A stretch of DNA of 60,068 nt, filler included, from Sphacelaria rigidula (Eukaryota): assembly GCA_964200075.2 (NCBI GenBank). It is 5 parts of 5 records of this genome, joined end to end, with 100 filler letters (N's around TTAATTAATTAA, not from the genome) between each part and the next. Parts side by side here need not be neighbours in the genome. Positions count along the whole stretch, not along the records: positions 36,103 to 48,035 come from CAXNAA020004323.1; positions 48,136 to 60,068 come from CAXNAA020004324.1; 3 more parts are not named here. One strand, written 5' to 3'. The position numbers and the translations under genes are program-made. Below, piece after piece: positions 39,662 to 50,791 of this stretch (position 1 is the first letter of the stretch; every line of letters begins with the position of its first letter). Under the pieces are notes generated by a model. It was not told the origin of the DNA. It ran no database searches and saw only the letters and a list, made by a program, of their open reading frames with translations.

Positions 39662-42122
39662 CCATTAAGGCTGGTGACGCTTCCTAATTCAGCCCACTTT
39701 TGTCGTTCCACTCTTTAGCATCATCATGTTGTCACGAAGGCTCGGGGTTTCGAGCGATACCCGGGATGCTAGGGTATACCATCGTTGAAAGTGTGCGTTG
39801 TTCCATTGAACAGCCCCGCGGACAACAATGAGCGTCGTCACTGTCGCGTTGAAATTTGAGGTGTAATTCCGACTATTACCAGAGCCAGCTCAATGCGAGG
39901 ATCAAGTCAAGCGAAAAATGTTGATGTTGCACTCATTTTGATTGATTGATTGTCGCACTTTAACAGACCCCCCAGGGATCCAGCCGTGGTCACATGATGA
40001 ACTTACCCGACCGAGACAAAACAAACTGAAACACTCGCTGTAAAAAAAACTAAGAACAGAAAAGGTAGAACAGAACAACAGCGTAGACTAAGGGAAAATA
40101 AATAAAAGAAAATGAAAGAAAAAAATAGGAATGGCCGGCCTCTGCCACATGTCTTCGGTGAAAAAGGGTCTTGTGCAGAACCACACTCATACCCAGTCGT
40201 AAAAAACAAAAAGCCGTGGGAAAAGATTGGGCTACACGGACGAAAAAAATAGGAGGAAAACAAGCCCGATGAGCAGCACCTGCAACGCATGTCTACAGCA
40301 GTACTTCACGTGAGCCTTCCACTACAGTAGCAACTCTGAGCAAAGTTGGCCATGAAACATGGGAAGCAGTTTGCTCAGGCAGGCGGGGGCATAGCCGTAA
40401 TTCCTGCACAGCGGTCAATACGAAATAGCTCCAAGCTCGGATCGCTCTTACAATACTGCGGCATAATAAAACATGGCATGCAACATTTGGGCACACTTTC
40501 AATCCCTCCCTCTTCACCTGGACGAGCCAGTGCCGTCAAGGAATCAACCCATTCTTCCCTCGGTGCACGCCCTGCATTTTCGAATCGCGGATTGGATCAT
40601 GACCAACACTTCCGCATCGTCAATTCTCGCCAAGTGGGCTTTTGACTCTACTCACAATTTCAAGCTTTCAACGACGGAAGTCAAGTGTTTTCAGAAACAA
40701 TCTCAATCTCGACAGAATCAGCCGGGAATCAAACCAACATTTCCATAACCTAATGATGTAGGCTGGACCAGTAGACCACCTGGCCGCGGCGGTATAATGG
40801 CCTTGATTTTTCTACCGCCCTTGTGAACTGTTGTGACTACTTGTCAGCGGATCACCACGAAAATGTTTGGGCCATGACCCGTTTGCAGCGGTAGCTAGAC
40901 TCTAACAGTACCTCGATTGAATAGCAAGAGGTATTAAAATCAGTAGTAGGTGTAGCCATTAGCCGGAAGGGTTAAGTACAGCGCCGACGGTCAAGTGTGT
41001 TTCTATCCTGCCCATAATCACCATCCGCTGTCTTTGAGTTGATGCCCAACCGATGCGAAGTCACACACGATGGCCCGCCCGCAGGCTACTGGTGGTGTAC
41101 CCTCCCACACGTGCATGACTACAAGGCACTGTTGGCACCATCACGACTCTATGCTCTGTGGTCTCCACGCACCGGAGCCGCATGTTTCCATATGCTGGTC
41201 GCAACTTGACACGCACTAGTGCGGCCAAACACAAGTGGTTGGCGTAGCACGGTCTCTTCGGCTCTACCCTCCCGCTCGTGCGCACGCGTTGTATTCCCGC
41301 CAACAACCATTTCGAACCCCCCACAAGCCTACCTAATGGACGTCAACTGGCGGCCTCGGCGCTTAACGGAACACCCAAATCCCGCAAACAAACAAACTTG
41401 AAACGCAGATCTCTACAGGATCATCATCCCTTCGACGGAAGCAACCTTGACCCCGCAACTGACACATTCGCCAAAACAACATGCTTACTCCTTATCAATT
41501 TTGAAGCAACTGGTGTAAACAACAGTGCAAAGCATATCCATGCACTCATGACCACGCCACCTGCCAAAAGAGCAGTATCCTAGTGCTGCATTGCTAAGCC
41601 ACTAGGGAACCAATAGCTATTCAATGCGCTGTACAGCATGAGCCATATTTCACGTCGTGTTCAGGCAATTCCTCAGGTTTTAATACTGGCTCGAAGCAAT
41701 CACGCGACCTACCATCGCGGGACTATACGCCGAACACAAGCCGCACAACAGCACAGCCGTACGTATCGATTATTACAGCTGAAGAGGACCGATGTCGTCA
41801 TTATGAACTTCAGTGTCTCGGGGGTTCGACGTACACCAAATCATGTATGAGGACACTGGAGGCGCACAGGGAGAGAGGGGGCGGAGTAAAAGGAGGCGAG
41901 GAAAAAGAGGGAAGGAGAAAGAGAGAACATGACTAGAGACGGGTAGACAAGAAGACGCGGTAAATAGGTAAACAGAGGCAGTAACAGGAGACAGAAAAAC
42001 GGAGAACGCGCACGAGGTGTCACGCTGTGTCGTTGACCAATCAACCAACAAACCAACAAACGGTTCATAGATGATGCTGCTGCGTATGGCTTGAACTGGA
42101 AGGTAAAAATTCAACGCGACTT

Positions 42123-42254
42123 TCAGCGAGGATCGGCAAGGACGGCCTCCACCACCGCTAGGTCCCCCGTAAGCTGTCGCTCCCTGGTTTCCAGGCGCTC
42201 TTTCGCTTCAGCCCTCCGCACGAGGTACAGAAGAGACCCGCGTTTTTGGTACAC
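42123..42254 (-). CDS. Small beta-prefoldin-like (ASDURF-like) protein, exon 2
   Basis: CAG acceptor after a pyrimidine tract; VYQKRGSLLYLVRRAEAKERLETRERQL...PR*, a prefoldin-beta hairpin plus helix. Confidence 0.65.
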   Translation of the reverse strand: MYQKRGSLLYLVRRAEAKERLETRERQLTGDLAVVEAVLADPR

Positions 42255-43307
42255 CTGACGTCGAGCGGGGAAAGAGAGGGAGAGCGAAGAAATCTAAAAA
42301 AATCCCAATCTAGGACAACATGACATGTTTCCTCTGGGAGCGAAGGCTACAGGCGGGGGCTGGCAAGACTTTCGCAAAACCCCACGCCAGGTGCAACCTG
42401 TTCAGGGAGTATCGTCATCAAGAACTTGGTGTGTGGTTAGCGAGAACTTCACTTTGGCGGCCGCCAGAAAAATTATCTAGAAGAGTGTACAACGTGACCA
42501 GCCGGAGTAGGGCACCAATTTCGTAAGTACGGGTCGTTTTATAATGATTCAAGTGAAATAAAGTATTTTCGTTGTTTTCCATGATTCTTGAACGAATTAA
42601 ATTCGGGGTTTTTGTGTTGGTGGATGGACACACGTGCACTATTCAAGCCCAATGTGCCGCAGAGAGGTCAACAACATTGAATGGTATGATTATTTGTTCT
42701 CCAGGCCCCAACTGGGCTTCATTTCCCAAAGCTATATTACCTTGGTAAAGCGCAGGACGGAAGCAAAAAGGGAGCCGTACAAAAGATCTGCAGCCAGCAT
42801 TGATAGTGATATAGTAGTTTTCACTTTTTTTTTTTTTTCTCGTAGTCGGCGATTTCAATAGTTTTCACGCGTGCCACCGCCCATCCCAGCAAACATTTGC
42901 TCCCGACGTTTAGAGATCGGGAGATACTAGGCATCCGCTCCACATGTCGAAACAAAATAGTCTCTGCGCTGAATATTGAACAACTTACGGGCTGAATTGA
43001 CAGCGGGTGTTATTGGCTGTTCTCGGTCCGCAACACATTACTTATCGGCTACAGCACAATGAACGCAAATAAGATATAAGGGTACTGTACTGCGGTTGCG
43101 GGCTGCAGGAGGCCGGAAAACACAAGTGTGATGGAGTCCACACTAAAATCAAGTCTGGCTTATATAATGGCTTATATAACGTAGAGGGATTTGTCGAAAA
43201 ATTAAATTAAATTACAGCACTTGAAATTAGAGTTGGCACTATATAAGTCGACCCGTACTTATTAAAGCACCGCACGGAGTGACGCGTTTCTTGCCTCAGA
43301 GATGGTA

Positions 43308-45741
43308 GGAGCTGGGCCAGCTTAAAAGCGGTTAAAATTTGCTCACACCACAGCTTTCCTAGTTTCCCGAATGAACTCGATGTAAGTATATCACGGCCCA
43401 ATTCGACGACTCTTGAGCTGAAATTTCAGGAAGACCTTCTGTACCCAAGGAAATGATGCATCACGTGAGCAGCTGCAGATTCTCATCTTTTTCCTGGACT
43501 TAGGCCGTTTCTTCCGGTTCGTTTTTCCCTCGTTTTTTGCAAACAACGAGGGAAGAATACAAGATGGCTACTTACGGTTCGTTTTTTCACAAAATTCTCG
43601 GGGAAAAAATACAAGACATGGGAAATTCTACGAGATGGGCCCTCCTGGCTTATATTTTTCAGAAAATACGAGACGAGATCGACTTGTATATTTCCCTCGT
43701 TTTTTTCTTTCGCGGCGCGGCGAGACGGCGAGACAAGCAACGCCCGCCAGCCCTGAATATGCTTGTGCCCTTCGACCTCTGCGGGGCTCTCCTGACAGCA
43801 ATGTCGAACATCCCCAGCGCCGTTTACACACTAGACCAAACTTTGCTTCATCCCAGCACACGCGAGATGTCACCAGGGGCTGATGATCTATTGGCATGGA
43901 CCGTGCTCTCGGAAACCTGCAGCACAGATAGTACCCAGCGCAGAGATAACAGGGTACTACTCTGTGCTGTCTCATGCAGTGAGTTTTAGGTGTCAGTTTG
44001 CACGCAACAGTAGTACGCACGGCTGTAGTAAAGATGTTGCGTACAACGTGAGATATGTGGACAACGTGCAATACAGACAACACCAGGCAGTACTGTACTG
44101 TCTACACTGCCGCATTGAACAGTAGGATCCACATGCCATGCTGCACCCAACGGCAGCCGAAAATGATTTGGGCGACGTGCAGTGCAGACAGTACATGGGT
44201 TGTACTGCCGCATTCAACAGTACAGTAGGTTGGAAATGTTAGTTTGCCAGTACAGTAGTACAACGGCTGCACTATATTTTGATGTGGGCAACTTGCAGTA
44301 CAGACAGAACTAAGCAGCACCATACTGCCTGCTCTGCCTGCCGCATACGGCAGTATACATGCGCACATATCAGGTTGGAGACGGTAAGATACAACGGCTG
44401 CACTAGAATTGATGTCGAGGAGTGCAGTACAGACAGTGCTAGACAGTACAGTACCTTTGTCTGTACTGCCGCATACGGAATATGGCAGTATTATAGATGA
44501 AATATGTCAGTTTGCACACAGTGCGGGCTGGGCCAGCAGCGATCGGGGCAGGTCTATGTTTCACATCTTCTCACACAAACACAGGGAGCTTGGCATGACG
44601 AAGTCGTTAGGTGTTTGTACCTCGCCTTGGCCTGCACATCCCTTTGAATTCCGCTGACGGTCTTTTGGTATCTCACCACTCTTTTGGTACCCACCCCCCT
44701 CAAAAATATATCTGCAACCGTAAGCTAGGGTCAACACCTCTCATAGTATTTTCTTAGCTGTATTTATTCCTCATAATTTTGTAATGTGATGGGGAGATAC
44801 AGAGGCCAAACTACCGTTTCCGGATGCAGACCGGCGGGTACTAGAATTGTATATATTTGGCGAATATTTCAGCGGCATATGGATCAACAACAGCCCAGCT
44901 GTTGAGTTGATACTTGCGTCGTTGGTCGCTACCGTATTGGATGACGTGGATTTATCGGTAGATATGTGCGTAAGCTCGTTGAAGTTGAGCTTAGATTATT
45001 AAGTTGAGTCACTGGATTTGAGTTATGACTTGAGTGAAGTTATGTTTTGGGATTGGGCATGATGGGTTCCCCGCAGGGAAGCCTCATGGTCCCACTCTCT
45101 CATCGCCCCAAGGCCCCAGCAGTAAAGCAGAGGACATATCAAGACTCCGCCAGCGTCTGATAGACTTTAACTATATATACCCTTCTGCGGTGATCGAGTC
45201 TCAGGATCAAGGAGACTATACGTGAGTCTCCCCTGAGTGTACTGTATAAATTTTGTTCTGCTCACTTTCCCTATTTGTACACACCTGTTTTATAGCTCCG
45301 CCAGCTGAGCATACAACCAACTGTAGCAAGCATTCAATTGAAAAGTCATTGCTCCTTTGGACATCCGTCATCACCACCCTGCGCCAAGTAGCTACGGTGA
45401 CAATCCATCTTATCATTCGACAATTGGGGCTTCAGCTGTGATGAGCAGACCCGCACATCGTGATATCTTGCTACGCCTTTGAGCTTCATCACAATTTGTT
45501 TAAAAAAACGGGGGGGGGAAACGAACCGGAAGAAACGGCCTTATGACATTATTTTGTTTTTGCTGAAATTTCAAATCCCCCGTAACTTCCTTTTTTTTTT
45601 CCTTCTTTTATTTGTTGCTCACGTGATCTTCCGCATTTCGATCATAAAAAGCTGCTGTCAAAAATTCAGCGTTCAACTCCTGATATCGCGCCGTGCGTTG
45701 CCTGGACGAGAAAACCACCCATTGGTGCTCGGCCCAGCTCG
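43308..45741. mobile_element. Same MITE family, expanded by ~2 kb of nested sequence, in an intron
   Basis: 43308-43452 and ~45540-45741 match the left and right parts of 24199-24769; TA on both flanks. Confidence 0.72.
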
Positions 45742-46187
45742 TATTATTTTTCCTTATCGCATCAGTCATTTATGCCGACCCGCCGTCGAAAAATGGAATG
45801 CGCGGGAAACACGTATAAAAACGTCATCCTTCTGGTGGGGAGCATCTCACTGCAGTGGCCAGTTGCAGGCGGTGCTTTTGCCCGCGCTAAAAAAAACGCA
45901 CAACGCAAAGACGCGGGTGGGGGGTAGGGTCGAGTCGAGCAATTGGCGCAAGGTGACACTAGGCTTACAGTTCCGTTCCTGTACAGACAACAGTACACCC
46001 TGCGAAACCACATTTTGCATCACTGTAATATATTGTGTGTGTCATGGACGGGGATCCTCGGAGACTACAGGGATATAGGGCGATCGACCGTTGCTCTCAA
46101 ATTCCGGTGCGGCTGCCGCGCTGACATCAGGAGGATCTAGTCCCTCTATCTTCGCGAGGAGATCAGCTGTTCATCCATTACACTTGC

Positions 46188-46361
46188 CTCTCGTTGAGCT
46201 GGCAGGTGATCCAACTCGAACTTGGCCACTGAGGTCTCCTGGAGCGCATTACTTAGAGTCCTCGCCTTTTTCTCCGCGTAAGCCCTCCTGATGCTGTCAA
46301 GTGCCGCCGGTCCACCCCCACCCCCACTCCCGCTATCAACGTCAACAGCGTTCTCCTGCAT
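46188..46361 (-). CDS. Small beta-prefoldin-like (ASDURF-like) protein, exon 1
   Basis: MQENAVD...LSNALQETSVAKFELDHLPAQRE, ending at a GAG|GCAAGT (GC) donor in phase 0. Confidence 0.65.
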
Positions 46362-46753
46362 AGTAGATGAGGGTAGCTTTGTAACAGGAGTTACTCCGTC
46401 TTGGATACTCGGATACTCCCGGGTCAAGCACGCCGTTTGTCGTAAAACGGATGGGTACCTCTGCAGCTGATGCAATCGAGATTGTGAAACAAATCACTTT
46501 TTACCTATAGAAAATTTTTGAATACTCAGTGATACGCTGTTGTCATGCACAACTAGGCTGCGTGGCTGTGCGGAACGAGGGTGATGCTCAGCACAGTCAA
46601 CACTACAACGAGAGTGCGGCGCAATCGCTGTCACCCCACGCTATGTTTCTGTTTTAGGTCATAATCCAATCTAACTTGACAGTTCTGGGATCGGAGATCA
46701 GGGGCTCAGAGACACAGAGACAAGGAGAGAGGAAGGGAGGGGTAGAGAACGCA
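46362..46753. promoter_or_regulatory. Probable bidirectional promoter / 5' UTR region
   Basis: 392 bp separate two divergent ATGs in an otherwise gene-sparse sequence. Confidence 0.5.
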
Positions 46754-46783
46754 ATGAGTCGCATCACGCAACCTATAAATCAG
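46754..46783 (+). CDS. SBDS: Ribosome maturation factor SBDS/Sdo1, exon 1
   Basis: ATG..MSRITQPINQ followed by a GTAGG donor. Joins in frame to VRLTNV. Confidence 0.88.
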
Positions 46784-47603
46784 GTAGGAAAAATTGAAGT
46801 AGCATGCCTTTTGTTTCGTTTTAACTGCAAGTGTGCGCTATGGGTGCAATCATTTCGGCACTTCGTGCTGCGTGATTCAACTCCCTTACTCGTAGTTCAT
46901 TTGACGGTCGTGTACGGACTTTACTGCGCAGAAGCGCCCCCCTCGGCGCCAAATCCTCTGAGACGGCACCACCAGAAAGTTGTAAAAACGCAACTGCTGT
47001 GTTTTTAGTGGTATGCTTAGACCGTGAATTGAGGGCCACGCAAGACACGTCATTTTATGATCAGGGATGCTGCTCGCAAACAGAATCGATCAGTTTTCCC
47101 AGCTGAAAAATAGCGCAGCGTTGAATCGGGGTTGAAGGTCAACCGTCGATACTATTCCGAAAAGAGGTCTAGCGTGTATAGTGCTACAGTATCCCTTTGT
47201 CCGCGAGATTGGTCTTGGAAAAATAATATGGCTGACTGTCCCGTGGGAAACATCGTTGAAGGGTGTACCTTTCGGGGGATGGGCACGTTCGAGCACCCGC
47301 GGGGTAGCGGAACATACAGGCGGAGTAAATCGCAAAACAATCAAATTCGTGAGAAATATCAAATGCGTGGTCACGTTGCCACGCATATTGGCACGGGCCC
47401 GACCCTGTTGCAGCGTACAAGCTGTTGTAGCAACAAATGTCACTTTGGCTAATCAAAATCACAGGTGAAGAAGGCGTGGCTACTGGCTGCGGACAGGCAG
47501 ACATGGAGAGGGATCCCAGGGCTCTTCGTGTTTCGCTGTATGTTGGCGTTGATACTGTTGTGGAACAATACCAACTGCCTTGTATTTTTTTGTGTGTTGA
47601 TAG

Positions 47604-47762
47604 GTTCGGTTGACGAATGTGGCTGTGGTGAAGCTTCACAAGACCGGCAAACGGTTCGAGATCGCGTGCTACAGGAACAAAGTGGTAAACTGGCGCAACA
47701 GAGTAGAGACGGACCTGGACGAGGTGCTCCAGATCGAGAGTGTCTTCGAGAATGTTTCCAAG
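47604..47762 (+). CDS. SBDS: SBDS/Sdo1, exon 2 (gene continues beyond the contig)
   Basis: [53 protein letters not shown], the conserved SBDS N-terminal domain, with AG/GT borders. Confidence 0.95.
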
Positions 47763-48264
47763 GTGAACACAAGTCGTGTAAAGTTTTGTGTGTTCGTTCT
47801 TTTCTCGTGATCACCTTGACTATGCTGGCGGTGCAGCATCAACATAAATATCCAGGGAAGAAAGATCACTTCTGCACGAAATGTTGATTCCTCCGAGAGA
47901 CGCAATCGATTTTTTCAGCCAAGTTGGCCATCTTGATATTTTGTGCAGGTGGCACAAGGTCGCGGATTACAAACCCTAGGGGGGGGGGGGGGAGGCTGCC
48001 CCTTTGTTGCTGGCTTAAGGCAAACTCTCAGAGGGNNNNNNNNNNNNNNNNNNNNNNNNNNNNNNNNNNNNNNNNNNNNTTAATTAATTAANNNNNNNNN
48101 NNNNNNNNNNNNNNNNNNNNNNNNNNNNNNNNNNNCAGCCGTTTTGCTTGAAACACCACCAGACACCCTCGACAAACGACGACTAGCGGAATCCAAGAGA
48201 GATCCGAACACCACAGCCCGAGAACCTGCGTTTTCACTGCAAGCCAGCTCGTGGTCCTGACATT

Positions 48265-48282
48265 TGGCGTCGACTTCTTCGG
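48265..48282 (+). promoter_or_regulatory. Putative primer-binding site after LTR end
   Basis: ...GTCCTGACA (LTR-type CA end) + TT + TGGCGTCGAC...; TGG is complementary to the tRNA CCA end. The cognate tRNA was not identified. Confidence 0.5.
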
Positions 48283-48331
48283 TCGGGCTTGTTCGCTTCT
48301 TCTCGGTTCGCCACGTTCAGCTGCAGCTACG

Positions 48332-50515
48332 ATGGCTGATTCAGGTGCGGATTTTTCGGCTGCTAAATCTGGTTTTAACGACGCTGCTAACGCTGTTTTT
48401 TCTAGGACCCGTTCCCGTTCGTTGGGACGAGCTGATCATTCTGTGCTTTCTTCCCGCGAGGCGGCCGCTGTCCCGCCCCCGCGTGATGTAGACAGATTTT
48501 CAGTTGACTCTTCTTCTAGTGCTGCTGCAGTTGAGACTGTTACACTAGATCAGATCCCTAGTCGCTCTTCGTTGTCTCCCGCGTCCCCGGGTGCTTTTCT
48601 TCGTCTGCCTGACAATGTTGACGCGACTTTGGGTGAGGGTTTGACTGACCCTGGTACAATGGTTGATTACGGAAACACCCCCTCACTGTCTCTTCGTGGC
48701 CGTGCTCGTGTCGCCGGCCCGGCCTCGCCTTTGAGCGGTTCCCGTCGGGGCGCCGACGGCCGTTCCCACACACAGTTTGCGTCTCTTGTACAGGCCTTGG
48801 CGGCCGATGCTGTCGCCGCCTCTTCTTTGGTGGGAAGAGTTGGCCCTGCCAATGCTGAAAATGCGGTTGGCATTTCCAACACCGATGAGCGCTCGGGTAT
48901 GACCGATACCACCGTTACTGATCGTTCGGTCACAGATCCGCATTCTCGCTCACTACGTGACGCCGCGTTGTCGCGCGCGATGGATGCCCCATCCATCGCT
49001 CATACTGATGGTCGGCGGTCGCGATATGACCAGAGGACACGCAGATCCAAACGGGATACCGATATTTTGACTTCTGGCTCTGCTCACACGCGTGCTGCAT
49101 CTGCTGCGCCAGATGCTTTTCAAAAACCGAGTTCTGATGCTGGTGCGGCGGTTCCGCCTGTGACCAGTGGGGTGGAGCCTGGCGGCGTACCCCCCCTACC
49201 CCAGCAATTGTTGGCGGACAGCGGTCCAACTAACGATCCTACGACAACTGTGAGTGTCAATCTTGTTGAGCATGTTCGCGAACTGTTAGACCAGCTGTCT
49301 CATGTTGATCGTTGTACCGTTACTGGGTTGGACCCTGATGCTCCGCATGAAGTTAACACGGCCGCTGGACCCGGTGGGGGATATTACCCCATCCGTCACT
49401 CCCGCACCGACTCTATTCCACCGCCCGAGGCCCAGTCTCGGTCGGCAAATACCTCTGCTGGTCCGCAGGGGAAAATGCCTCATGTTGCATCGGACGAGTT
49501 GCTCGCCCGCAGGTTGTTTGAGGAAGAACAACGGAAGGTCGCGTCAATTCTTGCCACTCTAAAATCTGACGAACAGCTAGCCCGCTCCATTGCTGGCTCA
49601 CAATCTGAGTTGGACGATGACGGCCCAAACGTGCAACCACCCTCGCGTACCATCGATTTTTCCGGAAACGCCCCGCAGTTCCCTGAGCGGTCGTATGCCC
49701 AGGTCGTGACTTCCCGCAAGTCACGGCCGGTCAGGGGTAAAACCGTTGGTGCCGCTCGTCCCTTTCGCACCAACGGGGGTAGATTTAGCGTGTTGGCTGA
49801 TCAGCCCCTCGAAGATGGTCCCACTCCGACCGCGGTGCCGCCTGTTCACACCCCATTGACTGCCTTTACTCAGGACGCTCGCCAGCGTCTGTCTGACGGC
49901 AGTGACCAGTTTGCCGCGGCGAAACAGGAACGCGATGACGCTCGGGCTGCCTTGGCGGCCGCTGAGAAATCGGCTGCTCGCCTGCGGGCCGCTTTGAAGA
50001 CCAAAGAACGACTAATGACGGACGCCCGCAGGGCGCGGGAAGTAACCACGACCACTTTCGGCACCATCGCGGACATTCACGCTAAACCGCTGTCCCCTCA
50101 AGCCTGGGATGCGTACCAGCAGCAGGCTGCCGCAGCGGCATCGACGCCCCCCCCCGCGCCTGCCTCTCCCACGAACGTGACGGCCCCCAGGCGCCAGGAG
50201 CAGGCGGCTGCAGCGCCCTCGACGGCCCCCCACGCGCCCGCCGCTCGCACGGAGGTGGCGGCCCCCAGGCGCCAGGAGCCGGCTGCCGCGGCAGCGGCGA
50301 CTCCTCCCCGCACGCCCGCCGTCCCCCAGGGCGTCTCGGTGTCCATGCGGCCGGTCTCGGCCGAACAGCACCCCGGGCTGGTGGGGAGCTCGGTGCAACC
50401 CGCTTATAGTCCGGCCCTGTACGATGAGATGCGGCGACTTCAACCGGCGGGATGGTCCACCTCGGACTGGATTGTGGATTTCCGGCTGTGTGCGGATTCG
50501 TGCGAGGATGGATAG
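48332..50515 (+). CDS. ORF1 / N-terminal Gag extension: low-complexity, coiled coil, 26-aa Ala/Pro repeats
   Basis: More than 700 open codons starting at ATG 48332, just after the putative PBS. Same frame as gag and pol. 78-bp repeats at ~50116-50330. Confidence 0.75.
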   Translation: MADSGADFSAAKSGFNDAANAVFSRTRSRSLGRADHSVLSSREAAAVPPPRDVDRFSVDSSSSAAAVETVTLDQIPSRSSLSPASPGAFLRLPDNVDATLGEGLTDPGTMVDYGNTPSLSLRGRARVAGPASPLSGSRRGADGRSHTQFASLVQALAADAVAASSLVGRVGPANAENAVGISNTDERSGMTDTTVTDRSVTDPHSRSLRDAALSRAMDAPSIAHTDGRRSRYDQRTRRSKRDTDILTSGSAHTRAASAAPDAFQKPSSDAGAAVPPVTSGVEPGGVPPLPQQLLADSGPTNDPTTTVSVNLVEHVRELLDQLSHVDRCTVTGLDPDAPHEVNTAAGPGGGYYPIRHSRTDSIPPPEAQSRSANTSAGPQGKMPHVASDELLARRLFEEEQRKVASILATLKSDEQLARSIAGSQSELDDDGPNVQPPSRTIDFSGNAPQFPERSYAQVVTSRKSRPVRGKTVGAARPFRTNGGRFSVLADQPLEDGPTPTAVPPVHTPLTAFTQDARQRLSDGSDQFAAAKQERDDARAALAAAEKSAARLRAALKTKERLMTDARRAREVTTTTFGTIADIHAKPLSPQAWDAYQQQAAAAASTPPPAPASPTNVTAPRRQEQAAAAPSTAPHAPAARTEVAAPRRQEPAAAAAATPPRTPAVPQGVSVSMRPVSAEQHPGLVGSSVQPAYSPALYDEMRRLQPAGWSTSDWIVDFRLCADSCEDG

Positions 50516-50791
50516 GAGCTCAGCAAGTGGGTCGACTACCAAGTCAATCTAGTCCCCCACGGGCAGGGGGTTCTCGCCCACCGTCGACATGCCGCTCGCT
50601 CGGATTACCGCGAGGATACCGCCACGTCTTCTTATGGGCCCATCCGCCACAAAGGTAGTCGGGGTGGCGGAAGCGGCACCTATCGGAGCGGTGGGGGTGG
50701 TCACAATGGTTCTCGTGGTGGACGTGGTGAGCACAGTGACAGCCGCGGGCGTGCGGACAGGTACGACGAGTTCCTCAGTGATCCCGCTAGT

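Noticed and set aside
40290-41640. Decayed LINE C-terminus on the minus strand
   Set aside because: Only a vague CP..HV..C pattern, with no RT motif I can confirm.
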